From an uncultured archaeon (GTDB lineage Archaea > Iainarchaeota > Iainarchaeia > Iainarchaeales > VGJJ01): a stretch of DNA of 64,000 nt. Shown here piece after piece: positions 36,536 to 46,097 of the stretch. Location: assembly GCA_964480125.1 (NCBI GenBank), contig CAYZNV010000002.1, positions 4,984 through 68,983 on the forward strand. Reading direction: 5' to 3'. The notes below the pieces were generated by a model, which had not been told where the DNA came from, ran no database searches, and saw only the letters and a list, made by a program, of their open reading frames with translations. Each line of letters begins with the position of its first letter. Positions within the stretch are counted from its first letter, which is position 1. Position numbers and translations under genes: made by a program.

Positions 36536-37189
36536 TCAGCTGAATTCGCTTCCGAGCTGGTATGTTGCATTGTGATCGCCCGCACTGACAAAGGTGTTGA
36601 AATCACCCGAATAGCAAAGTTGGGTTGAACCAAATACGGCCAAGCTCGAGATGACACGCGAACCCGCAGTGGCATTGGTAGAATTGAATTGTTTACACGT
36701 AGTAGTGTTAGGCGCAGAGGTAGCCCCAGTCACTGAACAATCTTTCTCCCATCCACCCAAGCCGTGCGTTCCACAACCCGTGCTGCCTTGCCAGACTTTC
36801 AATACCAAATTGACATCTGCCCCAGAAAAAGCGGCTGCGAAGTTAGCATCAACATTCACAGTGGCAGTCCCGGAATTGGAGACGGTCATTGATGCCTGAC
36901 TGGAGGATTGGCAGTTCGTGTCACCCACACCAATACGCGTGGACTGTGGCACTACGCGAGCCGCATTCCCGTCCGAATCAGAATCGAATTGGGCATTTGT
37001 CTCGACGAAGAAGAATGCACTGGAGGTGCAAGGAGACCCGTACGACACACTAATCGTCTTCACCGTGGCAACGAACCATGTCATGGTCGTCTGCACAACA
37101 TTCGCAGAAGCGAAAGTAGCCGTCACCAGCAGAACTAATCCCGTTATCGCAATCACATTTAGCAGTCGCATAGTACAAAACCCCAACAC
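36536..37189 (-). CDS. secreted hypothetical protein
   Basis: Sec signal 'MRLLNVIAITGLVLLVTATFASA' (probable start at Met7, 37171). A hairpin gttcgggcgaagcccgaac follows the stop. Confidence 0.4.
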   Translation of the reverse strand: MLGFCTMRLLNVIAITGLVLLVTATFASANVVQTTMTWFVATVKTISVSYGSPCTSSAFFFVETNAQFDSDSDGNAARVVPQSTRIGVGDTNCQSSSQASMTVSNSGTATVNVDANFAAAFSGADVNLVLKVWQGSTGCGTHGLGGWEKDCSVTGATSAPNTTTCKQFNSTNATAGSRVISSLAVFGSTQLCYSGDFNTFVSAGDHNATYQLGSEFS

Positions 37190-37251
37190 TCAATGCTGGA
37201 AGGAACCTTTTGCAGTTTATAAATCTGTGCGCATTTTAGGTTCATGCAACA

Positions 37252-38445
37252 ATGGAAGCAGCAGGCGATTTGATGGTTTTCCAGCAAAAGGCAGAGGAAA
37301 TCACTGTACGCGAAGCGATGACACGCATTGAGTCGGCGCGCGAGCAGGACAGGGAAAGTGCGTTGAAACTAATGGCGCTACGCATGGCTTCTCAAAAATA
37401 TCTGTGGGGGCTTGCCCAAAAGAAGGGGTGGACACGTTTTGTGGATGAATCGCAACATAAAATTCTTTTCCCGGGGACGAGCTCGCAACATTGGATTGAT
37501 TATGCACGTAATGGAATGGATTTTTTCAGTCAGCATGTTGAACCACAGTGGAACCGTGGCACGACACGCATGAACGAGCAAGAAAAGATTTCTTTCATGG
37601 AATGGACGACTGAGTGGAAACAGAATCTGGAAGAACTCCATCGTGTTTGGGCGCAGCGAATCGAATCGGCATGGAGCGAACGAGCACATGGGGCGCTCGA
37701 AAAATTGCAGCAAGAATATGAATCGGAGAATAAGTTGAAAAGCGCGGCTCAGCACGCACGGAGAGAATTCTATCGCACACAGGAAGCAGCAACAGATGCG
37801 GCAAGCCAACTGGCTGCGTTCGAATCCGACCCGCAATTTATGCAGACACGTCGCTTGATCGAGATGCGGGACGCATGCATGAACGAGAAACAAACGCTTG
37901 AGCAACAATGGAAAGAAGAGTGGGAAGCGGTTGCACCCATTTTGGAGATTCTCTCCAATGAAGCGATGACGGTGCAGGAAATGGAGCGATCCCACGTCCA
38001 GATGTTGACTAATTATGTGAAAAATCCTGTTCAAGCACGAGCGCGGGACCCTCACGCGGCAGTATTGAAACGATTGATTGAGTTGGCGCTGCACGAAGTG
38101 GAGAAGAATGAATGGCCGCTTCCCACTGCCCAAATGCAGGAATATGAACGTCGTCTCCGCCACGCATTACAAGAAAAATTCTTCGAACGAATGTTCTGGA
38201 AAGGCAATGAGTTGGAAGTGGAATCCCAGCAGCTGCAGAAAGAATTGCAAGGAAGAGAAGACTACCGTAAATGGATTTCTTTGCGCAGCATCGCAATGCA
38301 ATCCAAAAAAGAAGAAGAAAATTGGAACCAGGCATGGCATGAAGGAGAAGCGCAAGCCGCATTGCAACACAAACGGGCGCAGCACGCAGTAGAGGAGCTC
38401 AATTCAATCCTCGCGGCGCGAGCACACTGGCAAGTGGTTATTTAA
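37252..38445 (+). CDS. coiled-coil hypothetical protein (Glu/Gln/Trp-rich)
   Basis: 397 aa. A TATA 'tttataaat' lies 29-36 bp upstream. No catalytic motif. Confidence 0.4.
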   Translation: MEAAGDLMVFQQKAEEITVREAMTRIESAREQDRESALKLMALRMASQKYLWGLAQKKGWTRFVDESQHKILFPGTSSQHWIDYARNGMDFFSQHVEPQWNRGTTRMNEQEKISFMEWTTEWKQNLEELHRVWAQRIESAWSERAHGALEKLQQEYESENKLKSAAQHARREFYRTQEAATDAASQLAAFESDPQFMQTRRLIEMRDACMNEKQTLEQQWKEEWEAVAPILEILSNEAMTVQEMERSHVQMLTNYVKNPVQARARDPHAAVLKRLIELALHEVEKNEWPLPTAQMQEYERRLRHALQEKFFERMFWKGNELEVESQQLQKELQGREDYRKWISLRSIAMQSKKEEENWNQAWHEGEAQAALQHKRAQHAVEELNSILAARAHWQVVI

Positions 38446-38455
38446 TTTTTGAATC

Positions 38456-39124
38456 TCAACGCACGACGACGGATTGATCCACGAATTGATGCAGCGAATC
38501 CAACACATTCTTGTGTTCGGCCGTATCCAGCGCGAGTAAGATCACAAGAGTGGAGGCGTTCCGGTTTTTGCTGATGACCGTGTGACAGAATTTCTCGACG
38601 GCCTGTGGGGAATTGTACACCAGCAGCGTGGAGACCGAATCAATGAATAGAAATTTTTTGTTGCTGACGATGTTTTGCATGTTCTCAGAGATGGCCATGT
38701 CCATCTCTACTAAAGCAAGTGGGGAGTCGAGATATTGTACGTTTGGAAGTTCAGTAAGGTCTTTTCCTGTGAGTGCGGTGACGACATCCACAAATTTTAT
38801 TCCAGAGAAAGGAGTATTTCCGCGAACGAGATCCAAGTAGGGCCGGTTCACGCACACATATACTCCGGGCACGTTATTTTGTGAAAAATAATCGATGACC
38901 GCGCGCGGGACGGATGCGTATTGTGAAGCGGGGACGACCATCAAAGCACTCGTTCCGGGAGCAAGTTGGGATAATTGTGCGGCGAGTTTTGACTCTTGTT
39001 CTTTTCCGGGCTTCAAGTAGTCCAATATCTTGTCATCGGACCACAACTGATTTCCCACTCCCTTCGTATCGGATGGCATGCATGAAGCACGAGAGTTGAA
39101 ACTAAAAACCTGCGGTTTTGCCAA
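38456..39124 (-). CDS. degenerate KaiC/RecA-fold paralog (Walker A lost: 'APGTSALMV'; Walker-B-like 'FLFIDSVSTLLVY')
   Basis: 222 aa. The fold-level similarity to the KaiC/FlaH-like gene at 39813 is my own judgement. Confidence 0.35.
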   Translation of the reverse strand: MAKPQVFSFNSRASCMPSDTKGVGNQLWSDDKILDYLKPGKEQESKLAAQLSQLAPGTSALMVVPASQYASVPRAVIDYFSQNNVPGVYVCVNRPYLDLVRGNTPFSGIKFVDVVTALTGKDLTELPNVQYLDSPLALVEMDMAISENMQNIVSNKKFLFIDSVSTLLVYNSPQAVEKFCHTVISKNRNASTLVILLALDTAEHKNVLDSLHQFVDQSVVVR

Positions 39125-39149
39125 GAAAAATAATTACGCAACTAGTGAA

Positions 39150-39201
39150 AGAAAAAAAACTGCAAAAAATAGAAAAAAAAAGAATGATGCCCTTGCGGGC
39201 A
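39150..39201 (-). terminator. hairpin ATGCCCGCAAGGGCAT followed by a long T-tract, downstream of the pilin gene
   Basis: On the minus strand: stop (39216), hairpin 39186-39201, then 'cattctttttttttctattttttgcagttttttttcttt'. Confidence 0.5.
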
Positions 39202-39215
39202 TGCATTCAACTGAT

Positions 39216-39680
39216 TTAGATCGTTCCGCGGCACTGAGCTGAGGCGGTCAAACCAGTTAGGTTTCCTGCGCTGTACGTCAAAGAGTATGTTAAGTTATAC
39301 GTACCCGAATTCAAATCGACTGCGGGGTCGACCGTGAAAGTAGCGGTTTCTCCTGCCGTCATCGAGGTAGGGGTTTCTGTTACTGCACCTGAAGTGTAGG
39401 TGCTAGCTCCACCGTGAGTTCCTGTCACGCTGAAGTCCATGGCGCTGACGCCTTGTCCGGTTTGGTTAACCAAAACCAATTGGGCGCTGCCAGCGGCGAT
39501 GTTGGACTGGGTAATAACGAAAGGACCCAGTTTGGAGTCGCACGTGTCTCCCTGAATGTTGCTTGGATTGATTAGAATGACCAACGCTGCAACTGCAATA
39601 ACAATAACGACCAAGGCCCAGCCATAAGTCATCAAGTATTCCAGCGCCGATTGGCCTCGAACACCAAATTTCATACGCAT
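39216..39680 (-). CDS. type IV pilin-like protein with class III (prepilin) signal peptide, candidate major pilin
   Basis: 'MRMKFGVRG|QSALEYLMTYGWALVVIVIAVAALVIL': basic N-terminus, RG cleavage motif, Q+1/E+5, then a hydrophobic helix. An AGGAGG SD lies 5 nt upstream. 154 aa. Confidence 0.7.
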   Translation of the reverse strand: MRMKFGVRGQSALEYLMTYGWALVVIVIAVAALVILINPSNIQGDTCDSKLGPFVITQSNIAAGSAQLVLVNQTGQGVSAMDFSVTGTHGGASTYTSGAVTETPTSMTAGETATFTVDPAVDLNSGTYNLTYSLTYSAGNLTGLTASAQCRGTI

Positions 39681-39812
39681 TCGCTCCTCCTTTCTTAGAA
39701 AGGTTAATGCTTAGCACGGAAAGGATTTGGACGTTTTAAAGGTTAAGTATACCGGAAACCAAAATGCCCCGATAAAACGGTTATAAACCGGCAAAGGTTC
39801 TATGGGAACCGA

Positions 39813-40511
39813 ATGCCAGCGATTACGACCATCGAACGCACCCCCACCGGAGTAAAGGGATTAGATGAATTGATTGAAGGGGGCGTGCCAAAAGGAGCGT
39901 TAGTCGCGTTGACCGGAGATCCGGGCGCGGGAAAGACTATTTTTTGCTTGCAATACCTTTACTCGGGAGCGATGCAGCACAATGATGTGGGAGTGTATCT
40001 TTCGCTGGAAGAAAAACCGGAAGAGCTCATTCAGACTGCCGCAGTATTTGGGTGGGATTACAATCCCCTCATCAAGTCAGGGAAAATTATCATGCAGACG
40101 ATTGAATTGTATGACTTTGATAAGTTACGCGACAGTATTGAAGACCTCGTGACGAAAAGCAAGGCCAAGCGCATGGTCATTGACCCCGGTGTCATTTTTC
40201 ATTTGTATTTTGAAAAAGAATTAGACGCCAGAAAGCGCATTCTTTCTTTGGGAAAGATGCTCAAGAAATTAGGCGTTACCACAGTCATCACCAATGAGAA
40301 TTCAACGCAACAAACGGGTTTGTTCGGCTTGGAAGAATATGTCGCAGATGGAGTCATCCTGTTGTATCACACCCGCATCGAGAACCGCTTCCAGCGCAGC
40401 GTGGGAATATTGAAGATGCGCGAGACAAAGATTTCCGACAAGCTACGACCGGTGCGCATCACGCAAGATGGGATGGAAATTTTGCCCAAAGAAGAATTAT
40501 TCAATGAATGA
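39813..40511 (+). CDS. KaiC/FlaH-like RecA-superfamily ATPase
   Basis: 'GVKGLDELIEGGVPKGALVALTGDPGAGKTIFCLQY' carries Walker A. 'MVIDPGV' is Walker B. 232 aa. Confidence 0.7.
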   Translation: MPAITTIERTPTGVKGLDELIEGGVPKGALVALTGDPGAGKTIFCLQYLYSGAMQHNDVGVYLSLEEKPEELIQTAAVFGWDYNPLIKSGKIIMQTIELYDFDKLRDSIEDLVTKSKAKRMVIDPGVIFHLYFEKELDARKRILSLGKMLKKLGVTTVITNENSTQQTGLFGLEEYVADGVILLYHTRIENRFQRSVGILKMRETKISDKLRPVRITQDGMEILPKEELFNE

Positions 40512-40570
40512 ATAAGCGCATTCTTTTTCGGTTTGGTCTCACAACTAACGCAGGCATGCGCGTGAAAGAT

Positions 40571-41593
40571 TTACTGATTCAATAGCAGGGGACCGAATGC
40601 CGCGTGCATGACGGCGCGTATCAGGAAAAATAATCCAAATGAAACGAGTAGCATGACGGGAAGATATTTCATTCCATCCTTTTCTTTTCCCGTAGCGATT
40701 GCGCCCAAAATAAGAGAAGCAAATACCCCTCCAACGAATAGCATGACTTGCGAAAAGAACACGATGAAATCAGGAGAGATGATACTGGCCTTTCCTCCCA
40801 CGAAACCACTTAATCCCGCAAATCGGCTCCCAGCAGAAGCGATAGCCCCAGGATCGACTGCGGGAGTGGCCCCTGTCTGCGCGGTCATCACTTCAACAAT
40901 GAAAGAGGACACCGCATAGAGTGCTGGCCCCCCGAACGCCGCAGAGAAGAAAATCAGAATGACATAAATGGAAATGGATGCGCTTGCCTCTGATTGTAAT
41001 GCCAGTTGCTTGCGCAGGTTATGCGAGAGCTGCATCAACAGATCCGCAATTTCTCCTCCAGAAGAAATTCCGCGTGCCAATAACCAAGTAGTACGCTCCA
41101 CAAGGGTTGACTTGAGATGTTTGGGAATCTCTAAAATCGCATGCTCCACGGGCGTGCCCGAATAGATTTTGGCCGAAACGCGTCGGAGTTCCGTTTCCAG
41201 TGGACCGAATTCGGGGCGTGCACTCATTAGCAGCGCGCGTTCCGTGGTGAGACCCGACTTGATGTTGCTCGCGATGAGTTGTAGCGCATCCGGAAGAATC
41301 GCTTCCACTTTCTTTCCGCGACCATCGGCAGAGAGATCCAATAACATGTACATGATCCCGATCATGCCGACGACCGTTCCGACTCCTGCGAGAATACTGA
41401 AGAGAATACCGAGATTGAAAGTGGTAATTCCCAAAAATATTGCAATGAGCCCAAGGACGAGGCTGAATATCAGGGTGTTCATCACATACTTGCGCGCTGA
41501 AATCTTCAATCCTAAATACATGAATTGTTTTTCGAATGCCGCGTAGATGCCGCGCAGGAATGGGAGTTCGATTCGGAATCCGGTCATGCGCAT
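40571..41593 (-). CDS. FlaJ/TadC-like polytopic membrane protein (T2SS-F domain)
   Basis: 340 aa with a TM pair, a cytoplasmic helical domain, then TMs again. It is operonic with the secretion ATPase. Confidence 0.6.
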   Translation of the reverse strand: MRMTGFRIELPFLRGIYAAFEKQFMYLGLKISARKYVMNTLIFSLVLGLIAIFLGITTFNLGILFSILAGVGTVVGMIGIMYMLLDLSADGRGKKVEAILPDALQLIASNIKSGLTTERALLMSARPEFGPLETELRRVSAKIYSGTPVEHAILEIPKHLKSTLVERTTWLLARGISSGGEIADLLMQLSHNLRKQLALQSEASASISIYVILIFFSAAFGGPALYAVSSFIVEVMTAQTGATPAVDPGAIASAGSRFAGLSGFVGGKASIISPDFIVFFSQVMLFVGGVFASLILGAIATGKEKDGMKYLPVMLLVSFGLFFLIRAVMHAAFGPLLLNQ

Positions 41594-42486
41594 CAGTCTC
41601 CCAGCAGAGAAGGGCGCTTGCTCTTCACGATTCCCATGTACATGAATTGGCCTATTCCCACAAAAGTGAGCAGAACCCAGAAATAGATATCCGTAATGGA
41701 AATCTGGGGGAATGAAGACAATACGATCAGGAACGTAATCCCGAGCGCTGGAACGATAACTCCTAACATCATGTACACGAGAGAAAGTATTTTCATCTGG
41801 CTCTCATAGTTTCGGATTTGGATGGATTGGGCATCCGTGAGCGAGTCCACGCTTTCAGAGAGGACTTGTGTGATATCTGCGCCGGCGCGCATTCCATTGA
41901 CGACTTGCCAGATGGTTCGGCGGAAATAGATGCTGGGATTGTTTTCCGCGATGCGTTCCAACGCTGCCTCTTGAATAGTTCCCGTATTGATTTGCTCTAC
42001 CGCCTTATGAAACTCTATCGAAACAGCCCCATAATTCCCCTCTGCTACCACTTTCATGGAATCGAAAAGACTGACACCTGAACGCAGTTGCACGAGCAGC
42101 GTGCGCAACGCAAACACGAGATTGCGATCCAAGTCGCGTACTTTCTTTTTGATTTGGATGATGGGGAATGCCACCAGTTGCACCATCACCAAAATACCAA
42201 AGACCCCACTGACCACTAGTGGAAGAATGGGATTGAGCGTCCCGAACACGCGGAAGCTGATCGTGTAGAACACCAAGAAGAAAAATACAAAATAGAATGC
42301 GATAATAACGAGGGACATCGTCGCATACTCTTTCGATGAAACTGGGATGTTGGCACGACGCATATCCGCATCCGAAACGGGAAAAACCTTCCCGAATTGC
42401 GCCCCCACTCCGATGAGTCGCTTGCTGGCCCAGCGCAGCATGGGCATGGGCAGCACATTGAGCGGCATGGAGAAGCGATAAATCAT
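41593..42486 (-). CDS. FlaJ/TadB-like polytopic membrane protein (T2SS-F domain)
   Basis: 297 aa with the same architecture. Its start overlaps the downstream gene by 1 nt. Confidence 0.55.
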   Translation of the reverse strand: MIYRFSMPLNVLPMPMLRWASKRLIGVGAQFGKVFPVSDADMRRANIPVSSKEYATMSLVIIAFYFVFFFLVFYTISFRVFGTLNPILPLVVSGVFGILVMVQLVAFPIIQIKKKVRDLDRNLVFALRTLLVQLRSGVSLFDSMKVVAEGNYGAVSIEFHKAVEQINTGTIQEAALERIAENNPSIYFRRTIWQVVNGMRAGADITQVLSESVDSLTDAQSIQIRNYESQMKILSLVYMMLGVIVPALGITFLIVLSSFPQISITDIYFWVLLTFVGIGQFMYMGIVKSKRPSLLGD

Positions 42487-42498
42487 CTTTTCACCGCC

Positions 42499-43989
42499 TC
42501 AACGAATCCCTGCTTTTTTGAAAATGGTCTCGGGATCCGAATAATATTGCGCGATGGCCTTCCCCACTTCGTTGATGTCACGGATTTTTTCGCGCATCAT
42601 GTATTCGAGCACGCGTTGTTTTTCCGCCAGATTCTGATTGATTTCTTGTGCCGTGTACCCGGTGTGCAGCGCCAATTCATCGAACAAACGAATACTTTCC
42701 GCGTATTTTTCGATTGTATCAGTTTGCGCACGCCAGCGGAATAAAATATTGGGTTTGAGCGTGGTCCCGCCTTGCGCGCCCGATTTCATGGGAACGAATT
42801 CTGCTAGCTGGAGAATTCTTCTCACCCCAAGTCGGCGATTGCGAAACATGACCGCATTCAAGTGCACCGCTTCCAATAGCGAGGGAGCGATTTCAATTGG
42901 AGGAGATGTCAAGCGCTGAATGGTTTCTTCCGCCGTGTTAGCGTGAACGGTAGCATAAACCGCGTGTCCGGTATGCATGGCTTCGAACATCACTTCGGCT
43001 TCTTTCTGCCTTCTTACTTCACCCACAATGATGCGGTCCGGGCGCATACGCAACGCATTCACGAGGAGATCCAGCATGGATATCTGTCCTTTGCCTTCTG
43101 CGTTTGGTTCGCGCGTGGTCATGGGAACCCAGTGCAAGAACTCTGGCAATTGCAGTTCGCGCGTGTCTTCGATTGTCAGCACGCGCTGGTTGGGTTGGAT
43201 GAAGGGCATCATCACATTCAGCAGCGTCGTCTTTCCGCTTCCTGTTCCCCCTGAGACCATGATGTTCAATTCGTATTCCATCGCCAACCAAATCAGCGAC
43301 ATTAGCTCTGCGCTCCCTGTCCCACCATTAATGAAATCCGTTACGGTCCATGGGTCGCGGCGAAAACGACGAATAGTAATCGTATTTCCGCGCGAAGAAA
43401 TGGGATGCAACGAAGCATTGGCACGATCCCCCGTAACGAGGTGGGCATCCAGCAGGGGATTCAGGATTGTGACTTGTTTTCCAACGCGACGCGCGATGAT
43501 GCTCGCATAGTTTTGGATCTCTGCTTCAGGGGAAATGAAGATGTTGCTTTTGAGCCAGCCATATTTCTTGTGGTACACCCACACAGGTTCTTCGGCGCTA
43601 TTGACTACAATTTCTTCGAGATTTCCATCATCCAGCATGAATTCGATGTAGCCTAATCCCACCATTTCGTGGATGATGACAGCAATCAGCTTGTCGCGTT
43701 GCTCTTTGGGAATCTCAGGGAGTTGTGTTTCCATGAGGCTTCGCGCCTTTGTGCGGAAATGACCTTTCATTTCTTCCACAAACTTTACATCCAGGAGTTT
43801 GTCCCCTGCCACATTCACGTCGGAGATGACTTTGCTCTTGAGGTTGTTGAGCATCGCCCGCGTTCCGGGACCGAACTCGGGAACGCGCAACATGTACCGC
43901 TTCACGAAGCCGGCTTCGTCATAGGTGATGTCCACTGCCACATCAATGTCGGACTTGATGGAATAGGACTCGATATTGCCTTGAAACAT
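42499..43989 (-). CDS. FlaI/TadA/VirB11-type secretion ATPase (type II/IV secretion system E family)
   Basis: 'MVSGGTGSGKTTLLNVMMPF' is Walker A. The Asp/His boxes and Walker B 'RIIVGEVR' are present. 496 aa. Confidence 0.85.
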   Translation of the reverse strand: MFQGNIESYSIKSDIDVAVDITYDEAGFVKRYMLRVPEFGPGTRAMLNNLKSKVISDVNVAGDKLLDVKFVEEMKGHFRTKARSLMETQLPEIPKEQRDKLIAVIIHEMVGLGYIEFMLDDGNLEEIVVNSAEEPVWVYHKKYGWLKSNIFISPEAEIQNYASIIARRVGKQVTILNPLLDAHLVTGDRANASLHPISSRGNTITIRRFRRDPWTVTDFINGGTGSAELMSLIWLAMEYELNIMVSGGTGSGKTTLLNVMMPFIQPNQRVLTIEDTRELQLPEFLHWVPMTTREPNAEGKGQISMLDLLVNALRMRPDRIIVGEVRRQKEAEVMFEAMHTGHAVYATVHANTAEETIQRLTSPPIEIAPSLLEAVHLNAVMFRNRRLGVRRILQLAEFVPMKSGAQGGTTLKPNILFRWRAQTDTIEKYAESIRLFDELALHTGYTAQEINQNLAEKQRVLEYMMREKIRDINEVGKAIAQYYSDPETIFKKAGIR

Positions 43990-44066
43990 GACCGAAAAAA
44001 GGAATTGGAGGTTATAAGTGCTATGGGAAAGGAAATTGAATCAGCCAAGGGATGCACTGCAACGCT

Positions 44067-44939
44067 TCACGAGGCGTTCTTGAAATAAATAATGGGTTCG
44101 CCGAACGCGGGATAGCGCACCTCGATCAGGCCATTATCTTCGAGCGTCTGCAGTTCTTCTGCGATTTTTTCTTCGTTCATCGCAAGGCGTTTCGTCAATT
44201 CATCCAGCTTAATGCTCTTCTGCAAGCGCACGATGTCTAGAATGCGATCAAAATTAGTGACAATGGCATTTGGAGAAGAAGGAATGGGAATCTCAACCCG
44301 TGCAGGGGTGGAAGTAGTAGCCACAACAGGAGAAGGTGTCGCAGTAGGAGGCCGCGCAGAAGGAGTTGGAAATTTTACTGGGGTTACGGGTGGTTTTGCA
44401 GGAGAAGCAGGTGCCGTATTGAGTGGCTTTATTACTGGCGCAGAGGGCTTTGACGCAGGCAGTGGAGCAGAAGGAAGGGGAGTAGAAGCATGTGGTGGAG
44501 CAGGCGATACAGCAGCCGAAGGTGATGGGTTCGATTTAATCCATGGAGCAGGAAAGGGCCACACTGCATTTGGAGAAGAGGAAGAAGTGGCACTTTTAGG
44601 CAGGGGCGAGCGCGCGGGAGTAATCGCAGGTGTTGTACGCGGGGAAGGTGGAGTGGAGATAATCGGCTCTGCGCGTGAGGGAGTAGGGGTAACAGCGGTT
44701 CGAGATAGTGGAATAGTTGAAGCCGGCATAACCGCTCGGCGCGCCTCGGGGATGACATAAGGCTTTCCGGCATAGGCGGGAGGAAGTGTGGGAGCGGGCT
44801 CTCCGTCGGAAAGTGACACGGGGCGTGGCGCGGGAGTAACAGGGGTCAACGTTGAAGGAGGAGTGTCAGGAAGCTGATGCAAGTGCAGAATGCGCGAGAG
44901 CGCACTGATGACGCCTGATTTGGGCTTTTCGGGGGACAT
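44067..44939 (-). CDS. Pro/Thr/Ala/Ser-rich low-complexity protein with C-terminal winged-helix domain
   Basis: About 200 aa of PT-rich linker, then 'ILDIVRLQKSIKLDELTKRLAMNEEKIAEELQTLEDNGLIEV'. Confidence 0.4.
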   Translation of the reverse strand: MSPEKPKSGVISALSRILHLHQLPDTPPSTLTPVTPAPRPVSLSDGEPAPTLPPAYAGKPYVIPEARRAVMPASTIPLSRTAVTPTPSRAEPIISTPPSPRTTPAITPARSPLPKSATSSSSPNAVWPFPAPWIKSNPSPSAAVSPAPPHASTPLPSAPLPASKPSAPVIKPLNTAPASPAKPPVTPVKFPTPSARPPTATPSPVVATTSTPARVEIPIPSSPNAIVTNFDRILDIVRLQKSIKLDELTKRLAMNEEKIAEELQTLEDNGLIEVRYPAFGEPIIYFKNAS

Positions 44940-44966
44940 ACCAACGTGAGCAACGCGTTTGAGTAT

Positions 44967-46097
44967 TTAAGTCGCATTCCCTGCAACCTCGACTCCACGC
45001 GTGGGGTCGCTCAAATTGCCCGAAAAATCTTTTGCGCGCACAGTATAGAGGAGCGATTCTGCCGCAGAAGGTAAAACATACTGCGTGGCAGTCACTTCTG
45101 CAAGTATGGAGTAGGTAATGAATTGTTGTGAGCCAAAATTTTGGCGATAAATCACATACCCACTTACATCACCGGAAGAGCTCGCATCCCAGCGCAGGAC
45201 TGCAGAGTCATCCTCTTGTGTTACTCGCACATTAGTCGGAGGAGTTGGGGAAATATCATCGAACGCGATGGCCAACGGAAATGTTTGAGTGGTGGAACCA
45301 AGTAAGGTGTTTGGATTTCCTTCTGGAGTAATGGAATATAGTTTGGCACCAATGCGTGCAGAACGAATGGGGAGTACAACCGTTGCTTGTGTGGTGTAAC
45401 TCGCAGAAGGAGCAACAGAATCCAAGCGCACTTGTTGGGGCACTGAAGCTAGTAGATTTTCGGCATTGTCATATACATCCACGTACACCAAAAATAAACC
45501 ATCTGCCGCAACTGAGGAATTATTTTGTAATGGAATGCTGACTTGTGCCGTGCTCCCTTGGATTACAGAAGCGAGTATTCCGATGTTGAATTGCAATGCA
45601 GAAGAAACACACTGCGTGGATGCACATATTTTTCCGGATGGACACCCACAAGCAGTGCAATTATCCACCAACTTCCCATTCACGCACTGTTGTGGTGGAA
45701 GCGAACACGCGCCATCTTTCGTTCCGTCGAGGCATCGAATCAGCGTATCCGTGACGGCAATCCCACGAGTGAATGCATAGTCATTCACGCGCAAAGATAG
45801 GGGGTGGACCCCTGGACGAGAAAAGACGTGCGTAAAAATCAATTGACATGGATTGGTTGAACAAGGCTGTGTAAGAGTGGCGTCATCGATTGCCAGCGCA
45901 ACGGTTGTTCCTTGGCCATTTGATATGGTAATGGAAACGGAAATCTCATCCCCTACACGTGCAGCAGAAGGCGTTTGCCACTCCACTTGCGGGATTGAAA
46001 TGCTTTGTTGTGTGGGCTGTTGCGTATAGAGGTAATACCCACCCACAAAAAGAGCAACAAGCCCGATTGCCAAGAAAAGTGTTTCGCTTGCATTCAT
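44967..46097 (-). CDS. membrane-anchored secreted protein with Cys-rich module and C-terminal FN3-like domain
   Basis: N-terminal TM. 'CLDGTKDGACSLPPQQCVNGKLVDNCTACGCPSGKICASTQC'. 'PTPPTNVRVTQEDDSAVLRWDASSSGDVSGYVIYRQ' is FN3-like. Confidence 0.45.
   Translation of the reverse strand: MNASETLFLAIGLVALFVGGYYLYTQQPTQQSISIPQVEWQTPSAARVGDEISVSITISNGQGTTVALAIDDATLTQPCSTNPCQLIFTHVFSRPGVHPLSLRVNDYAFTRGIAVTDTLIRCLDGTKDGACSLPPQQCVNGKLVDNCTACGCPSGKICASTQCVSSALQFNIGILASVIQGSTAQVSIPLQNNSSVAADGLFLVYVDVYDNAENLLASVPQQVRLDSVAPSASYTTQATVVLPIRSARIGAKLYSITPEGNPNTLLGSTTQTFPLAIAFDDISPTPPTNVRVTQEDDSAVLRWDASSSGDVSGYVIYRQNFGSQQFITYSILAEVTATQYVLPSAAESLLYTVRAKDFSGNLSDPTRGVEVAGNAT

Noticed and set aside
37378-38163. 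261-aa minus-strand ORF antisense to the coiled-coil gene 37252..38445
   Set aside because: The plus frame has a TATA box and a continuous coiled-coil heptad pattern. The minus frame is Cys/Phe/Leu-rich junk typical of the antisense of Glu/Lys-rich coding sequence.
44212-44760. Plus-strand 182-aa Gly-rich ORF opposite the PT-rich gene
   Set aside because: The GC-rich low-complexity region is open on both strands. The minus frame was preferred because it ends in a structured winged-helix domain and is contiguous with the minus-strand operon. Not definitively excluded.
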